The position numbers and the translations under genes are program-made. Under the pieces are notes generated by a model. That model ran no database searches. It saw nothing but the letters and a program-made list of their open reading frames with translations, and was not told the DNA's origin. Positions 9,196-17,608 of a DNA stretch of 64,000 nt are shown here, in pieces; position 1 is the first letter of the stretch; every line of letters starts with the position of its first letter. Source of the DNA: an uncultured virus (IMG/VR IMGVR_UViG_3300045923_000041) (lineage: Duplodnaviria > Heunggongvirae > Uroviricota > Caudoviricetes); the IMG/VR virus record IMGVR_UViG_3300045923_000041, positions 1-64,000 of that record; one strand, written 5' to 3'.

Positions 9196-9426
9196 TCAAG
9201 GCTTTTCGTTGGGCCCAACGAGGTTTTGGAGAACCCTCAGATGCCTGGGGTTCTGATTCTCCTCCTTGACGTTCGAGTAATTGCAGACGTGCACTTGAAA
9301 GCACGTGGCAATCACTCCGGGCCCAGCTTTCAGACCATCGCAGTTGTTGCAGATGTCCGTGCCGAAGTTGACTTGGAAGCGCAGCTTGGCGGCCTCGTAC
9401 TGCACGCGTTCGAACGCGCGCACCAT
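9196..9426 (-). CDS. Cys-rich hypothetical protein (start uncertain)
   Basis: CNNC...C..C; the frame stays open upstream beyond 9500. Confidence 0.45.
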   Translation of the reverse strand: MVRAFERVQYEAAKLRFQVNFGTDICNNCDGLKAGPGVIATCFQVHVCNYSNVKEENQNPRHLRVLQNLVGPNEKP

Positions 9427-9497
9427 GACGCGAGCGGCTTCATAGACCTTCTTCGGATCTCCGGTCTCGAAAGAGCCCAGAAGCTCGGCCGCGGGGT

Positions 9498-9731
9498 CTA
9501 CCCCTCCTGGAATTCCCTCTGGATGTCGGCGAGACAGATGATGTGGTGCTTGCGCAGGAACGCCTCTGCCTGCCCCGCCGACGCCGCCGCCTGCATTCCC
9601 TTGATGCGCGGGTCCTGGACCTTCATGGCCTTTTCCAGGGCCTTGATCATGAGGGAGTGCCACTCGTCGTGGCTCTTCGGAACCTTGACGCTGGACTTCG
9701 GGGGCTTGTTGAGTCGGCGGGCGGCTGCCAT
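9498..9731 (-). CDS. hypothetical protein
   Basis: ATG abuts the upstream TGA. Confidence 0.55.
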   Translation of the reverse strand: MAAARRLNKPPKSSVKVPKSHDEWHSLMIKALEKAMKVQDPRIKGMQAAASAGQAEAFLRKHHIICLADIQREFQEG

Positions 9732-10160
9732 TCACGTTTCCTCCGGTTGCTTTGGCTCATCCTTCGAGACGAAAGCGGAGACCAGTGCGAAGACGGCGTC
9801 GTACTCCCCACGGAGCTGGTCCTCGTACTCCAACATCGCTTGCATGAACTCTTCGTCCGATGCCTTGATCCGCTCCCCGTCACCTTCAATCCAGGCGACA
9901 GGAGCGCGACCGTTGCCGGCGTCGATCTGCATGCGCAGAGAGACCGCCCTCTGACGGCGCTGTTCGAAGTCGAGCACGTCCAGCTCACCGAGAACCTGGA
10001 CGACCGCCTTCTGGGCATCTTCCAGGTTCTTGTGGAGATCCTTGATCAGGCTGAGCGCCTGCGGAAGAGTCTCGACCTGCTTCGCCAGCGCCTTCGTGTC
10101 GTGCTCTTTGGCCAGTCGCAGCGCTTGCTTCCTGGCGATCTTCCTACCGAACCCGCTCAT
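9732..10160 (-). CDS. hypothetical coiled-coil protein
   Basis: 142-aa ORF with GGAG upstream. Confidence 0.6.
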   Translation of the reverse strand: MSGFGRKIARKQALRLAKEHDTKALAKQVETLPQALSLIKDLHKNLEDAQKAVVQVLGELDVLDFEQRRQRAVSLRMQIDAGNGRAPVAWIEGDGERIKASDEEFMQAMLEYEDQLRGEYDAVFALVSAFVSKDEPKQPEET

Positions 10161-10181
10161 TTGTCTGCATCTCCATCTGAT

Positions 10182-10628
10182 TCATTCGTCGTCTACGTTG
10201 TCGTTGAGGCCGTGCGGCTGCGCTGTTGGGGGCTGACCCGCGAACAAGTCGTAGAACGGGTACGTCCCAGGCTTGCCCTCCTGGTTCTGCGCATCCTGCT
10301 CCATGTCCACCAGCTCTTCGGTAGGCAGAAGAGTCACGTTGGTGGCGAGGTAGCGCAGATACGGATCGCTTGTGATGGCGAGGAGCTGCCGAGCCGCCAT
10401 GGGATTGTGCTCCAGTGTGTATACGATCTGCGACGGCTTCATCGTGTCGAGGAGACAGATCCCAGGGCGCAGCTCATCCCCGGGGTTCGGCCCACGCTCC
10501 AACCACATGTTGTTCGTCCGGTCGAGGTCGCACATCGTGCACCACACCGGAGGGTCGCAACCGCACGGCTTCGGGTTCTCGCATCCGCATCGACGGCGGT
10601 ACTTGAGGTCTCGGATGTCGTCGGGCAT
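10182..10628 (-). CDS. Cys-rich hypothetical protein
   Basis: Likely start MPDDIRD at 10628; CGC...CGC...CTMC. Confidence 0.55.
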   Translation of the reverse strand: MPDDIRDLKYRRRCGCENPKPCGCDPPVWCTMCDLDRTNNMWLERGPNPGDELRPGICLLDTMKPSQIVYTLEHNPMAARQLLAITSDPYLRYLATNVTLLPTEELVDMEQDAQNQEGKPGTYPFYDLFAGQPPTAQPHGLNDNVDDE

Positions 10629-10629
10629 G

Positions 10630-10914
10630 TCAGTTCTTCTTGCCGAGCCAGTCGATCTGGAAGGTCTTCCTCCACGTGTGCCCATTCGCGCAGGTCAAGT
10701 CGGTCCGTGAGAAGACGTGCGGCTTGCGGCGCTTGAGCGAGGAGTGGAACTTCGTGGCTGGGCCTCCACATGACCCACAGGACAAGTGGATCAAGGCGTC
10801 ATGCAGCTTGTCCCGGAAGTCGGGAGGATTGAGGGTCTCCGTAGCGCCCGCGATCTCCTCGTCCGTGAGGTCCAGGGAGTTCTCTTCGGGGTATGTCTTG
10901 TAATCGAGCGGCAT
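10630..10914 (-). CDS. Zn-ribbon hypothetical protein
   Basis: CGSCG...CANGH; GAGG SD. Confidence 0.6.
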   Translation of the reverse strand: MPLDYKTYPEENSLDLTDEEIAGATETLNPPDFRDKLHDALIHLSCGSCGGPATKFHSSLKRRKPHVFSRTDLTCANGHTWRKTFQIDWLGKKN

Positions 10915-10917
10915 GTA

Positions 10918-11739
10918 CTACCTCACCACCGGCAAACCCTTGGTAGAATTGCGCTTCTTGTCGGCCAGGGTCTTGTCGGCCGCGTAGCAGTAGGTGCAGC
11001 CCATCGTGCAGGTCTCGTTGATCGTGAACGGGTCCACCATGATCGCGCACCCGCACTTCTCGGCAGCCGGCTTCGGGTCCCCCTCGCATGGGACACAGAC
11101 ACCCTTCGTGATGCTGTGAGCCTTCAAGTCGAACCAGTTCAAGGCTGAGTCGTCGTTGCAGAGTCGGACCAGCAACCCGCTGTCGTTGCCGATCTCAGTC
11201 AACAGTCCAGCAAGGCAAGCGCGGTCCGTGGTGCTCCGAGTCTCCGGCACCATGTCGTTCGGCTGGAGGAACGACAGGAAGACGGTCTTGATCTTGGCGG
11301 CACCGGCCACGAGGGCGATGCGAGAGAACCGCTCGACGACGTTCTCCACGACTGGAACAGGAGAGAATCGCCAAGTCACGTTCTCGGCTCCGAAGACCAT
11401 CACCGCGTCTTCGAGCATCCAGAGGGCGTCCTTGAGCAGCGGTGCCCCCTTCTCGACCTCTTCCCAGCCCGTGATGGTCATGTGAACCTTGACCTGGTAG
11501 GGCTTGAGCAGGTGGCGATCGAGAAGCAGGTTGCGGGGGTCCTTGGTCCAGAAGACAAGCGAGTGGGTGTCCTCCGGCTTCAGCGACCAACGCTCGGGAA
11601 CCGCCGTCCGGGGGTCGAACGCTTCCATCTGGCCCGCGTTGAGGGACGCCTTGAACCACTCCCATTTGGCCGCGGGCAGGTCTGTCCAGCGCGACAGACT
11701 GTAAGGTACCGCTTCCAAACGTCCGGATCGAATGAGCAT
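10918..11739 (-). CDS. DUF1848-family (radical-SAM/SPL-related) protein
   Basis: SLSRWTDLPA, VFWTKDP, TITG, WRFSP, and C-terminal CGC...D...TCTMGCTYCYA. Confidence 0.8.
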   Translation of the reverse strand: MLIRSGRLEAVPYSLSRWTDLPAAKWEWFKASLNAGQMEAFDPRTAVPERWSLKPEDTHSLVFWTKDPRNLLLDRHLLKPYQVKVHMTITGWEEVEKGAPLLKDALWMLEDAVMVFGAENVTWRFSPVPVVENVVERFSRIALVAGAAKIKTVFLSFLQPNDMVPETRSTTDRACLAGLLTEIGNDSGLLVRLCNDDSALNWFDLKAHSITKGVCVPCEGDPKPAAEKCGCAIMVDPFTINETCTMGCTYCYAADKTLADKKRNSTKGLPVVR

Positions 11740-11768
11740 CCTGGCGACCCCTTACACCGGGTCGGGGG

Positions 11769-12677
11769 TCATTCAGCCTCGGCAGCGGCCTCCAAAGCCT
11801 CCTGGACCGTCTCGGGCTCCAGTTCCTTCAGCTCCTTGGCGACAGCGGCCGCGATCAACATCTGGAAGACCTCATCCGGATCCACGTGATCCGACTTCTG
11901 GTCCTGCGTCGCGATTCGCTCCATCAGCTCGGAGAACAGCTCAATCGAGTGGTGCCCGATGTGAGCGATCTCCTCGAACGTCGGTAGGTGCTCCAGACGC
12001 TTGACCACGGCTTTGATGGCGATCTTCTTGGCCGTGCTCGAAATGAACGAGCCCATGACGCCCTTGGCCAGGAGACCCGCTCCGGCGCCGATCCCCGCCC
12101 CGAGCGCCCCTGCGGCCGTAGCGATGGCAACGTGAGTCGCCACCTTGCGGAACGCCGCCTTCTGGTGCTTGGACATCGGCTTGCCCTTCATCCAAGCGCT
12201 GACACCCTGCCCGGCCTCCTTGAACTCGTGGACCTCTTCCTTGGCGGCGTCCCAGGCGTTCTTGACGAACTTGGTGGGCGCTTCCGTGATGGACTTGTGC
12301 GCCGACATGAGGGTCTTGAAGCGGAACTCCTCGTCGTGGACGAACTTCTGGACCTTCTCGGGGGCCGACGCCAAGAAGGACTTGGCCTTCGAGGACAGGC
12401 CCTTCATGACGTCCTTCCAAGACGACTTGGGCTTCTTGTCCTTGTGCTCGTCCTTGTGCTCGTGCTCGTGCTCGTGCTCGTCCTTGGCCTCACCCTCCGG
12501 CTTCTTCTCGTGCTCGCCCGGCTTCTTGACCGTGTGCTTGCTCTTGTCCGCGTCGGGGTGGTCGTGGAGGTACTTCTTCAGCGCCTCAGGCGAAGAGAAC
12601 TCGAACGCTCGCTGGTATCGCGCGGCCACCCGCAGCGACAACCCCAGCTCGATTGCCCAACGCCCCGACGCGTTCAT
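11769..12677 (-). CDS. RVAARY-tagged protein with His/Glu-rich linker and Gly-zipper hydrophobic segment
   Basis: Start MNASGRW (ATGA overlap); LSLRVAARY; HEHEHEH; VAIATAAGALGAGIGAGAGLLA. Confidence 0.7.
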   Translation of the reverse strand: MNASGRWAIELGLSLRVAARYQRAFEFSSPEALKKYLHDHPDADKSKHTVKKPGEHEKKPEGEAKDEHEHEHEHKDEHKDKKPKSSWKDVMKGLSSKAKSFLASAPEKVQKFVHDEEFRFKTLMSAHKSITEAPTKFVKNAWDAAKEEVHEFKEAGQGVSAWMKGKPMSKHQKAAFRKVATHVAIATAAGALGAGIGAGAGLLAKGVMGSFISSTAKKIAIKAVVKRLEHLPTFEEIAHIGHHSIELFSELMERIATQDQKSDHVDPDEVFQMLIAAAVAKELKELEPETVQEALEAAAEAE

Positions 12678-13066
12678 CGGCGGTAGGTCTTGGCGAAGTG
12701 GCTGGACATCGGCTTCCCGTTCTCTTCCGCCGGCATGGGCGTGTCCGTGGGGATGATGTTGTCCATTCCTTCCTTCTTGCCGCCGGGCGTGTCGCCCTTG
12801 TTCTTCATGGACCAGGCCAGAGCCCAAGGGTTGTCGATCTCGTCATGCTTCTTCATCTTCTTGACGGTGTTCTCCCAACCGGGGGGCGCCACCGCGACCT
12901 GATCCATCTCGCCAGCCATGGGGGTCGGCCGAGAGATCGAAGCCTCTTCGTCGGCCTCCATCTCGGCATCGACGTACTCCGCCAGGTGCTCTTCGAGCAG
13001 GGGATTCTGCGCCTTCTTTTCCAGGAAACGCGCTGCTACACGTGCCGAAAGGGCCAGCTTGCTCAT
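12674..13066 (-). CDS. RVAARF-tagged hypothetical protein
   Basis: MSKLALSARVAARFL...PPGWENTVKKMKKHDEIDNPWALAWSMKNKG; GAGGAG upstream. Confidence 0.7.
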   Translation of the reverse strand: MSKLALSARVAARFLEKKAQNPLLEEHLAEYVDAEMEADEEASISRPTPMAGEMDQVAVAPPGWENTVKKMKKHDEIDNPWALAWSMKNKGDTPGGKKEGMDNIIPTDTPMPAEENGKPMSSHFAKTYRR

Positions 13067-13095
13067 GGGGCTACCACTCCTCGGGCATAGAAGGA

Positions 13096-13824
13096 CTAGA
13101 CAAGCCCGTCCTCATCCAGCGCGCGGTAAACGGCCTTGAGGATGAGTGCCTTGTTCTGGGGCGTCAGGTGGTCCCGGATCTGGCGCCACTTGGGGAGCAT
13201 GTCCAACACCTTGTTGACGAACTCCTGGGGAGAGGCGTGCGGCATCACGCGCTTGCGGTAGCCGGGGGCGATGTTCCGCAGGTTGTCCACGATTTGCTGC
13301 ATGTACGCGCGGACCTCGTGGGGCGAGTTGTAGTACCTGTCCGCGCTCTCCGGATCGGAGAGCACTGCACTCTCCTGGACCAGGTCCTTGTGCGAGTGGT
13401 ACCACCACTCGGCAGCATGCGTGAGTTCGTGGATCAGGTCGTTGAAGATGAGGTTCGACAGCGTGTGCGTGTCCACGTAATCGCCGTAGGTCTTGCTTCC
13501 GTTCAGACGGATCACAAGGTGTAGGTCCCCATCTTCGAGCAGGTCTGCCCTACGGATGTACGCGCCCGTGATGAGCTGGTCGCTTTGGGAAGGCTCCGAC
13601 GAGAAGGCGCCGTCGATGCGCATATCGTCCCCCCGCACGGACTTGATCTTCCAGGACCATGCGAGAACCTGAGAGTCGTGCCCAAGCTGCATGTCCTGCG
13701 GCTGGCGGCGGCAGTGGTCCTCAACCTTCTTGCCCAGCTCCTCGGCGAGCTGACGGATCTCACCCTTGTCCAGGGGGATCGGCCGGGTCGCGTACCGTGC
13801 GGCTACACGTAGGGTGAGCGTCAC
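13096..13824 (-). CDS. RVAARY-tagged zincin-like metallopeptidase
   Basis: MTLTLRVAARY; LIHELTHA...YYNSPHEVRA (HExxH plus downstream Glu). Confidence 0.7.
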   Translation of the reverse strand: MTLTLRVAARYATRPIPLDKGEIRQLAEELGKKVEDHCRRQPQDMQLGHDSQVLAWSWKIKSVRGDDMRIDGAFSSEPSQSDQLITGAYIRRADLLEDGDLHLVIRLNGSKTYGDYVDTHTLSNLIFNDLIHELTHAAEWWYHSHKDLVQESAVLSDPESADRYYNSPHEVRAYMQQIVDNLRNIAPGYRKRVMPHASPQEFVNKVLDMLPKWRQIRDHLTPQNKALILKAVYRALDEDGLV

Positions 13825-13847
13825 AAGGAAGAGGCGAGATAGGAAGA

Positions 13848-15131
13848 CTACGCGCGGGCCTTCAGAGTCCGACGCCCATCGACGATGATCGGCACTCCCT
13901 TACCCGTGATCACGTCGGCCGTGATGCGGATGCTCGCGATGTCCATGCTTGGACCATCGTAGGCGTAGGGTGCGAGAGTCTCCTCCAGGATCGAACGGAG
14001 CCCACGCGCTCCCGTGGGTCGGCGCTTCGCCTCCTGGCCGATGGCCAGGAGAGCATCCGTGTCGAACTGCAAGTCGATGTCGTCCATGGCGAAGAGCGCC
14101 TGGTACTGCTTCACGAGGGCGTTCTTCGGCTCCGTGAGCACCTTGACCATGTCCTCGTCAGACAGCTCCAGCGTGCTCGTAACGATGGGCAGACGGCCGA
14201 GCATCTCGGGGATGATCCCGAACTCCAAGATGTCCTCGCCCTTGACCTCCGTGTAGACCTCGTTGAGCGTGAGCTTGCGCCGCTTCGTGTCCTCCGAGCC
14301 GAAGCCGAGCCGCGAGGACTTGTTCACCCGCTGCTCTACCACCTCGTCGATGCCCGCGAAGCTGCCCGCAGCAACGAACAGGATGTTGGTCGTATCGAGC
14401 ACGTCCACGTTCGAGCGCACCTCGCCGTTGGGGCCTACAGACGTCACGGACACGTTCTTGCCCATCCCACGCGTGACGGGCACAGAGCAGCCTTCCAAGG
14501 TCCGCAGCATGCCTTGCTGGACGCCTTCGCCCGTGATGTCGCGGTAACCGGAGGCGGAACGTCCGCTCTTGCGGGCGATCTTGTCGAATTCGTCGAGCAA
14601 GATGATGCCCCACTCGGCGCGCTGGATGTCCCCGCCGGCGTTCTGGACGAGCCCGCGAAGCATGTCGTCCGCGTCGTCGCCCACGTAGCCTTGCTGCGTC
14701 AGCCGGGTGCAGTCCTGCGTGTAGAACGGGACCTTCAGAAGCTCGCTGATCGCCCTGAACGTCTCGGTCTTGCCCGAGCCAGTGGGGCCGAGGATCAGCA
14801 TGTTGGACTTCTGGACCTTGATCGAGCCCGCCTTCTTGGCCCGAGCCGCGTCCCTACGCTTGAAGTGGTGGTAGACCGCGGTGGAGACCGCCCTCTTCAG
14901 CCTTTCCTGCGCGATGATGTGCTCGTCGAGGTACGCCTTGATCTGATGGGGCGTCCCAAGGACGGGCTCCCGCTTCTTGTCGCCCTTGGGGGCCGACTGC
15001 TCGATGAGGTTCGAGGCTCCTTCCACGCACGTCTCGCAGATGTAGACGCCGTTGCCCTTGATCAGGCGGTTGTTGGGGACCTCGTTCTTCTCGGACCCAC
15101 AGAAAGAGCACACCTCGTGGTCGGTCGGCAT
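13848..15131 (-). CDS. clpX: ATP-dependent Clp protease ATP-binding subunit ClpX
   Basis: CSFC...ICETC Zn finger, KSNMLILGPTGSGKT, GYVGDD, LDEFDKIARK, RDITGEGVQQ, LGF loop, TGARGLRSI. Confidence 0.95.
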   Translation of the reverse strand: MPTDHEVCSFCGSEKNEVPNNRLIKGNGVYICETCVEGASNLIEQSAPKGDKKREPVLGTPHQIKAYLDEHIIAQERLKRAVSTAVYHHFKRRDAARAKKAGSIKVQKSNMLILGPTGSGKTETFRAISELLKVPFYTQDCTRLTQQGYVGDDADDMLRGLVQNAGGDIQRAEWGIILLDEFDKIARKSGRSASGYRDITGEGVQQGMLRTLEGCSVPVTRGMGKNVSVTSVGPNGEVRSNVDVLDTTNILFVAAGSFAGIDEVVEQRVNKSSRLGFGSEDTKRRKLTLNEVYTEVKGEDILEFGIIPEMLGRLPIVTSTLELSDEDMVKVLTEPKNALVKQYQALFAMDDIDLQFDTDALLAIGQEAKRRPTGARGLRSILEETLAPYAYDGPSMDIASIRITADVITGKGVPIIVDGRRTLKARA

Positions 15132-15150
15132 CAGCCGCCCTTACACCGGG

Positions 15151-15735
15151 CTAGCAGTCTACCAGCACCCCATCCGTCAGAAACGCGTGGTAGCCGGGGT
15201 ACTTACCGCGAGCGGGGATGAGGATGCTCGGCCGTACGGTGATCTTGGGGATCGTGCCGGTACGCGTCCAAGGCGTGCCATCCGAGGAGGACAGGTCCGG
15301 CATCCACTGACCGCCTGGGGTCATGATGCATAGGCACTTGCCATCCGGACCTCGATGGTCCATCGGGAACCAAGGACAGTCCCACATTGCGCCCACGGGA
15401 GCGTCACGCAAGGTGATCTCCTCTTCGACGCCAGGGCGGTGATAGAGCACTTCCGGGAAGACCTGCCAGTGGTCCTCTTCCACGAAGACGTAGTCGCAGT
15501 CGTCGCACTTCTGCGGCCAGCGCGGATCGTCATGGGCGGGCATGGCATCTTCAGGGAACGGGGCCAAGGTACCGTGCTCCGAGAAGACTGCTTGAACGGT
15601 GCCAAAGGGCGCATGTCCGTTGTGGTAGCCGAATCGACCGGGGCACTTGTCCTTGTCGTCAGAGCCTCTGTATCGCCGAAGCTGCTCACGGACGAAGCCC
15701 GTTTGCTCGATGAGAAAGCACTCGATCTGACTCAC
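15151..15735 (-). CDS. Cys/His-rich protein with C-terminal DUF6527-like domain
   Basis: WTRTGTIPKITVRPSIL...YHAFLTDGVL. Confidence 0.55.
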   Translation of the reverse strand: MSQIECFLIEQTGFVREQLRRYRGSDDKDKCPGRFGYHNGHAPFGTVQAVFSEHGTLAPFPEDAMPAHDDPRWPQKCDDCDYVFVEEDHWQVFPEVLYHRPGVEEEITLRDAPVGAMWDCPWFPMDHRGPDGKCLCIMTPGGQWMPDLSSSDGTPWTRTGTIPKITVRPSILIPARGKYPGYHAFLTDGVLVDC

Positions 15736-16031
15736 GACTCTTCTCCCCCCTCAGGGACCATCCCACGAACCTTGATCTCGGCGGCGAGTTGCTTCTTCAC
15801 CGCTTCGACCTGCTCGGGAACCATCACCGTCTTCGCGAGGTGACGTGCCCTGTAGTCTTCGCCGTCAGCAAGCGCACGAAAGTACGCCTTGGCGATGATG
15901 CTCTCGAAGGAGTTGTCAGGGAGCTTCGCTACGAGCCTTGCCGCCGCATCGCGCACCTCTGGCCCGCTCAAGATGACGAGCTTCTCGGCGATCCTGTTGA
16001 GGACGCGCTCTGCGGTGCTGGACGTCTTCAC
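15732..16031 (-). CDS. hypothetical protein with RVAAR-like N-terminus
   Basis: MKTSSTAERVLNRIA; coupled to both neighbours. Confidence 0.6.
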   Translation of the reverse strand: MKTSSTAERVLNRIAEKLVILSGPEVRDAAARLVAKLPDNSFESIIAKAYFRALADGEDYRARHLAKTVMVPEQVEAVKKQLAAEIKVRGMVPEGGEES

Positions 16032-16849
16032 GACTCGCTCTTGCCCTTCGTGATCTCGCCGTAGACGATGCAGTCCTCGTTCCAGACGACACCCTGGCAG
16101 TGGACCTTGCCGCCCGGCTCGACGATGCAGATGCCGCCCTCACCGAAGTCGTTGCAGGTCTCCTTGCCGTAGCGGTTGGAGACTACCAGCGTGGCCCTGT
16201 TGTCCTTAGCGAACTCCATCCAGGACACGGCCGGAAAGCCACCGTCACCCCAGTTCGCGCTGAAGCAGACCACGTCTGCGTCCCCTGGCTCGTAGAAGGA
16301 CTTCCACTCAGAGTCTTTCTTGTCCCGGATGTCCCGGCAGATGAGGAGCCCGATCTTCCACTCTTCGCCGCCGATGGTCGTTCGCACGACCGGGGGGTTA
16401 CTCTGCCCTCCGGTCGCCCAGATGAAGTCGTTACCCCACAGGTTGATCTTGCGTACGGTCTCGTAGTAGATGCCCGCGATGCTGGGGTCTTCGGGGTTCT
16501 GCTCTATGAACATCTGCGAGTTGTAGAGCTTGCCCGTACCCTCGTCCTTCTCGACGAACCCCCAAACGATCTTGACCCCCAGGCGCATCGCCATCTGCGC
16601 CATGAAGCCGATTGACCAGCCACGCTGCGCGAGTGCCATGGGCTCTTCTTGCTTCAAGAGCGAGGGCACCTCCGCAAAGGGCTCGGCCTCTTCGGTGCTC
16701 ATGAACGAGTAGCCGGTCGTGACCAGCTCGGGCAGCACAATGAGCTGCGCGCCGTTCTCGGCCGCTTCGATGATGAGGCGTCCAACCCGCTGGAGATTCT
16801 CCTTGGGCTTCTTGAACGCAGGGGCGAACTGTACCGCAGCTACCTTCAC
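16028..16849 (-). CDS. carbon-nitrogen hydrolase (nitrilase superfamily)
   Basis: KVAAVQF, VLPEL, YNS, RKINL, ICRD (E-K-C triad), SNRYG. Confidence 0.9.
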   Translation of the reverse strand: MKVAAVQFAPAFKKPKENLQRVGRLIIEAAENGAQLIVLPELVTTGYSFMSTEEAEPFAEVPSLLKQEEPMALAQRGWSIGFMAQMAMRLGVKIVWGFVEKDEGTGKLYNSQMFIEQNPEDPSIAGIYYETVRKINLWGNDFIWATGGQSNPPVVRTTIGGEEWKIGLLICRDIRDKKDSEWKSFYEPGDADVVCFSANWGDGGFPAVSWMEFAKDNRATLVVSNRYGKETCNDFGEGGICIVEPGGKVHCQGVVWNEDCIVYGEITKGKSES

Positions 16850-16879
16850 GTAGTCTGCGAACTATCGAAGGAAATGTAG

Positions 16880-17272
16880 CTAAGCCGCCTCGAACTGTGC
16901 CGCCCACGACTCCGTGCGAGTGCCCCGATACTCGCGGAAATGCCCGGGTATTGGGGTGAGGTGCATCGGCGTCCCAGGCACCCTTCCACCCCGGTTGATG
17001 CTCGGCTGCCAGAGCAGGTACGACCCCAGGCCAGGCCCTACAACTCGACGACCAGCACGGAGCAAACGGTTCAGGATCGGGAAGGGATTGATCAGGTCAG
17101 CCCGGAACCTCACGTAGTCCCGACCGCCGACGTCGATGATGTCAAGGGTGTCGAGTCTGCGGAACAGAACCCTCGCCTCAGAAGCGGTTCTGAGTACCTC
17201 AGCAGCTAGCTGATGTGGCGTCTCATGCCGTCGAAGTTGGACGGCGAAGAACGATTCTGTATGCGGCTCCAT
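16880..17272 (-). CDS. hypothetical protein
   Basis: 130-aa ORF filling the gap. Confidence 0.5.
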   Translation of the reverse strand: MEPHTESFFAVQLRRHETPHQLAAEVLRTASEARVLFRRLDTLDIIDVGGRDYVRFRADLINPFPILNRLLRAGRRVVGPGLGSYLLWQPSINRGGRVPGTPMHLTPIPGHFREYRGTRTESWAAQFEAA

Positions 17273-17354
17273 GGCTCACGAGACTCGGCGTCTCCCTTTG
17301 CGTGTATCGTAACTGGGTTCACCAACGTGGGCCATGAAGAAGACTAGCGAGCTG

Positions 17355-17606
17355 TCACTTTGGTGTTCTGTTTCTACACGGCGCAGCAGGACCCATGATG
17401 TTGCGGAAACAGGAGCAGCAGACGTAGGCGGTCAGGTTGTGTCGCGGAAACGGCGTAGGGTCGTCGTACGGGATCTCCTCGCCGACCTTGTGCGTAGCAT
17501 CTCGCAAGGTGCCAGAAGCTATCGCGCACACGTTGCACTTCTCCCCTCGGCACGAAGCCGAAACGAAGTGATCGCACGAGCACGGGGGCACGAGGTGGTG
17601 CGTCAT
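17355..17606 (-). CDS. small Cys-rich protein
   Basis: CNVC...HKVGEE...HNLTAYVCCSCF. Confidence 0.55.
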   Translation of the reverse strand: MTHHLVPPCSCDHFVSASCRGEKCNVCAIASGTLRDATHKVGEEIPYDDPTPFPRHNLTAYVCCSCFRNIMGPAAPCRNRTPK

Positions 17607-17608
17607 AG

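Noticed and set aside
9173..9199. Sigma70-like TTGACA...TAGAGT on the minus strand
   Set aside because: The spacer is only 15 nt, so it is not called as a promoter feature
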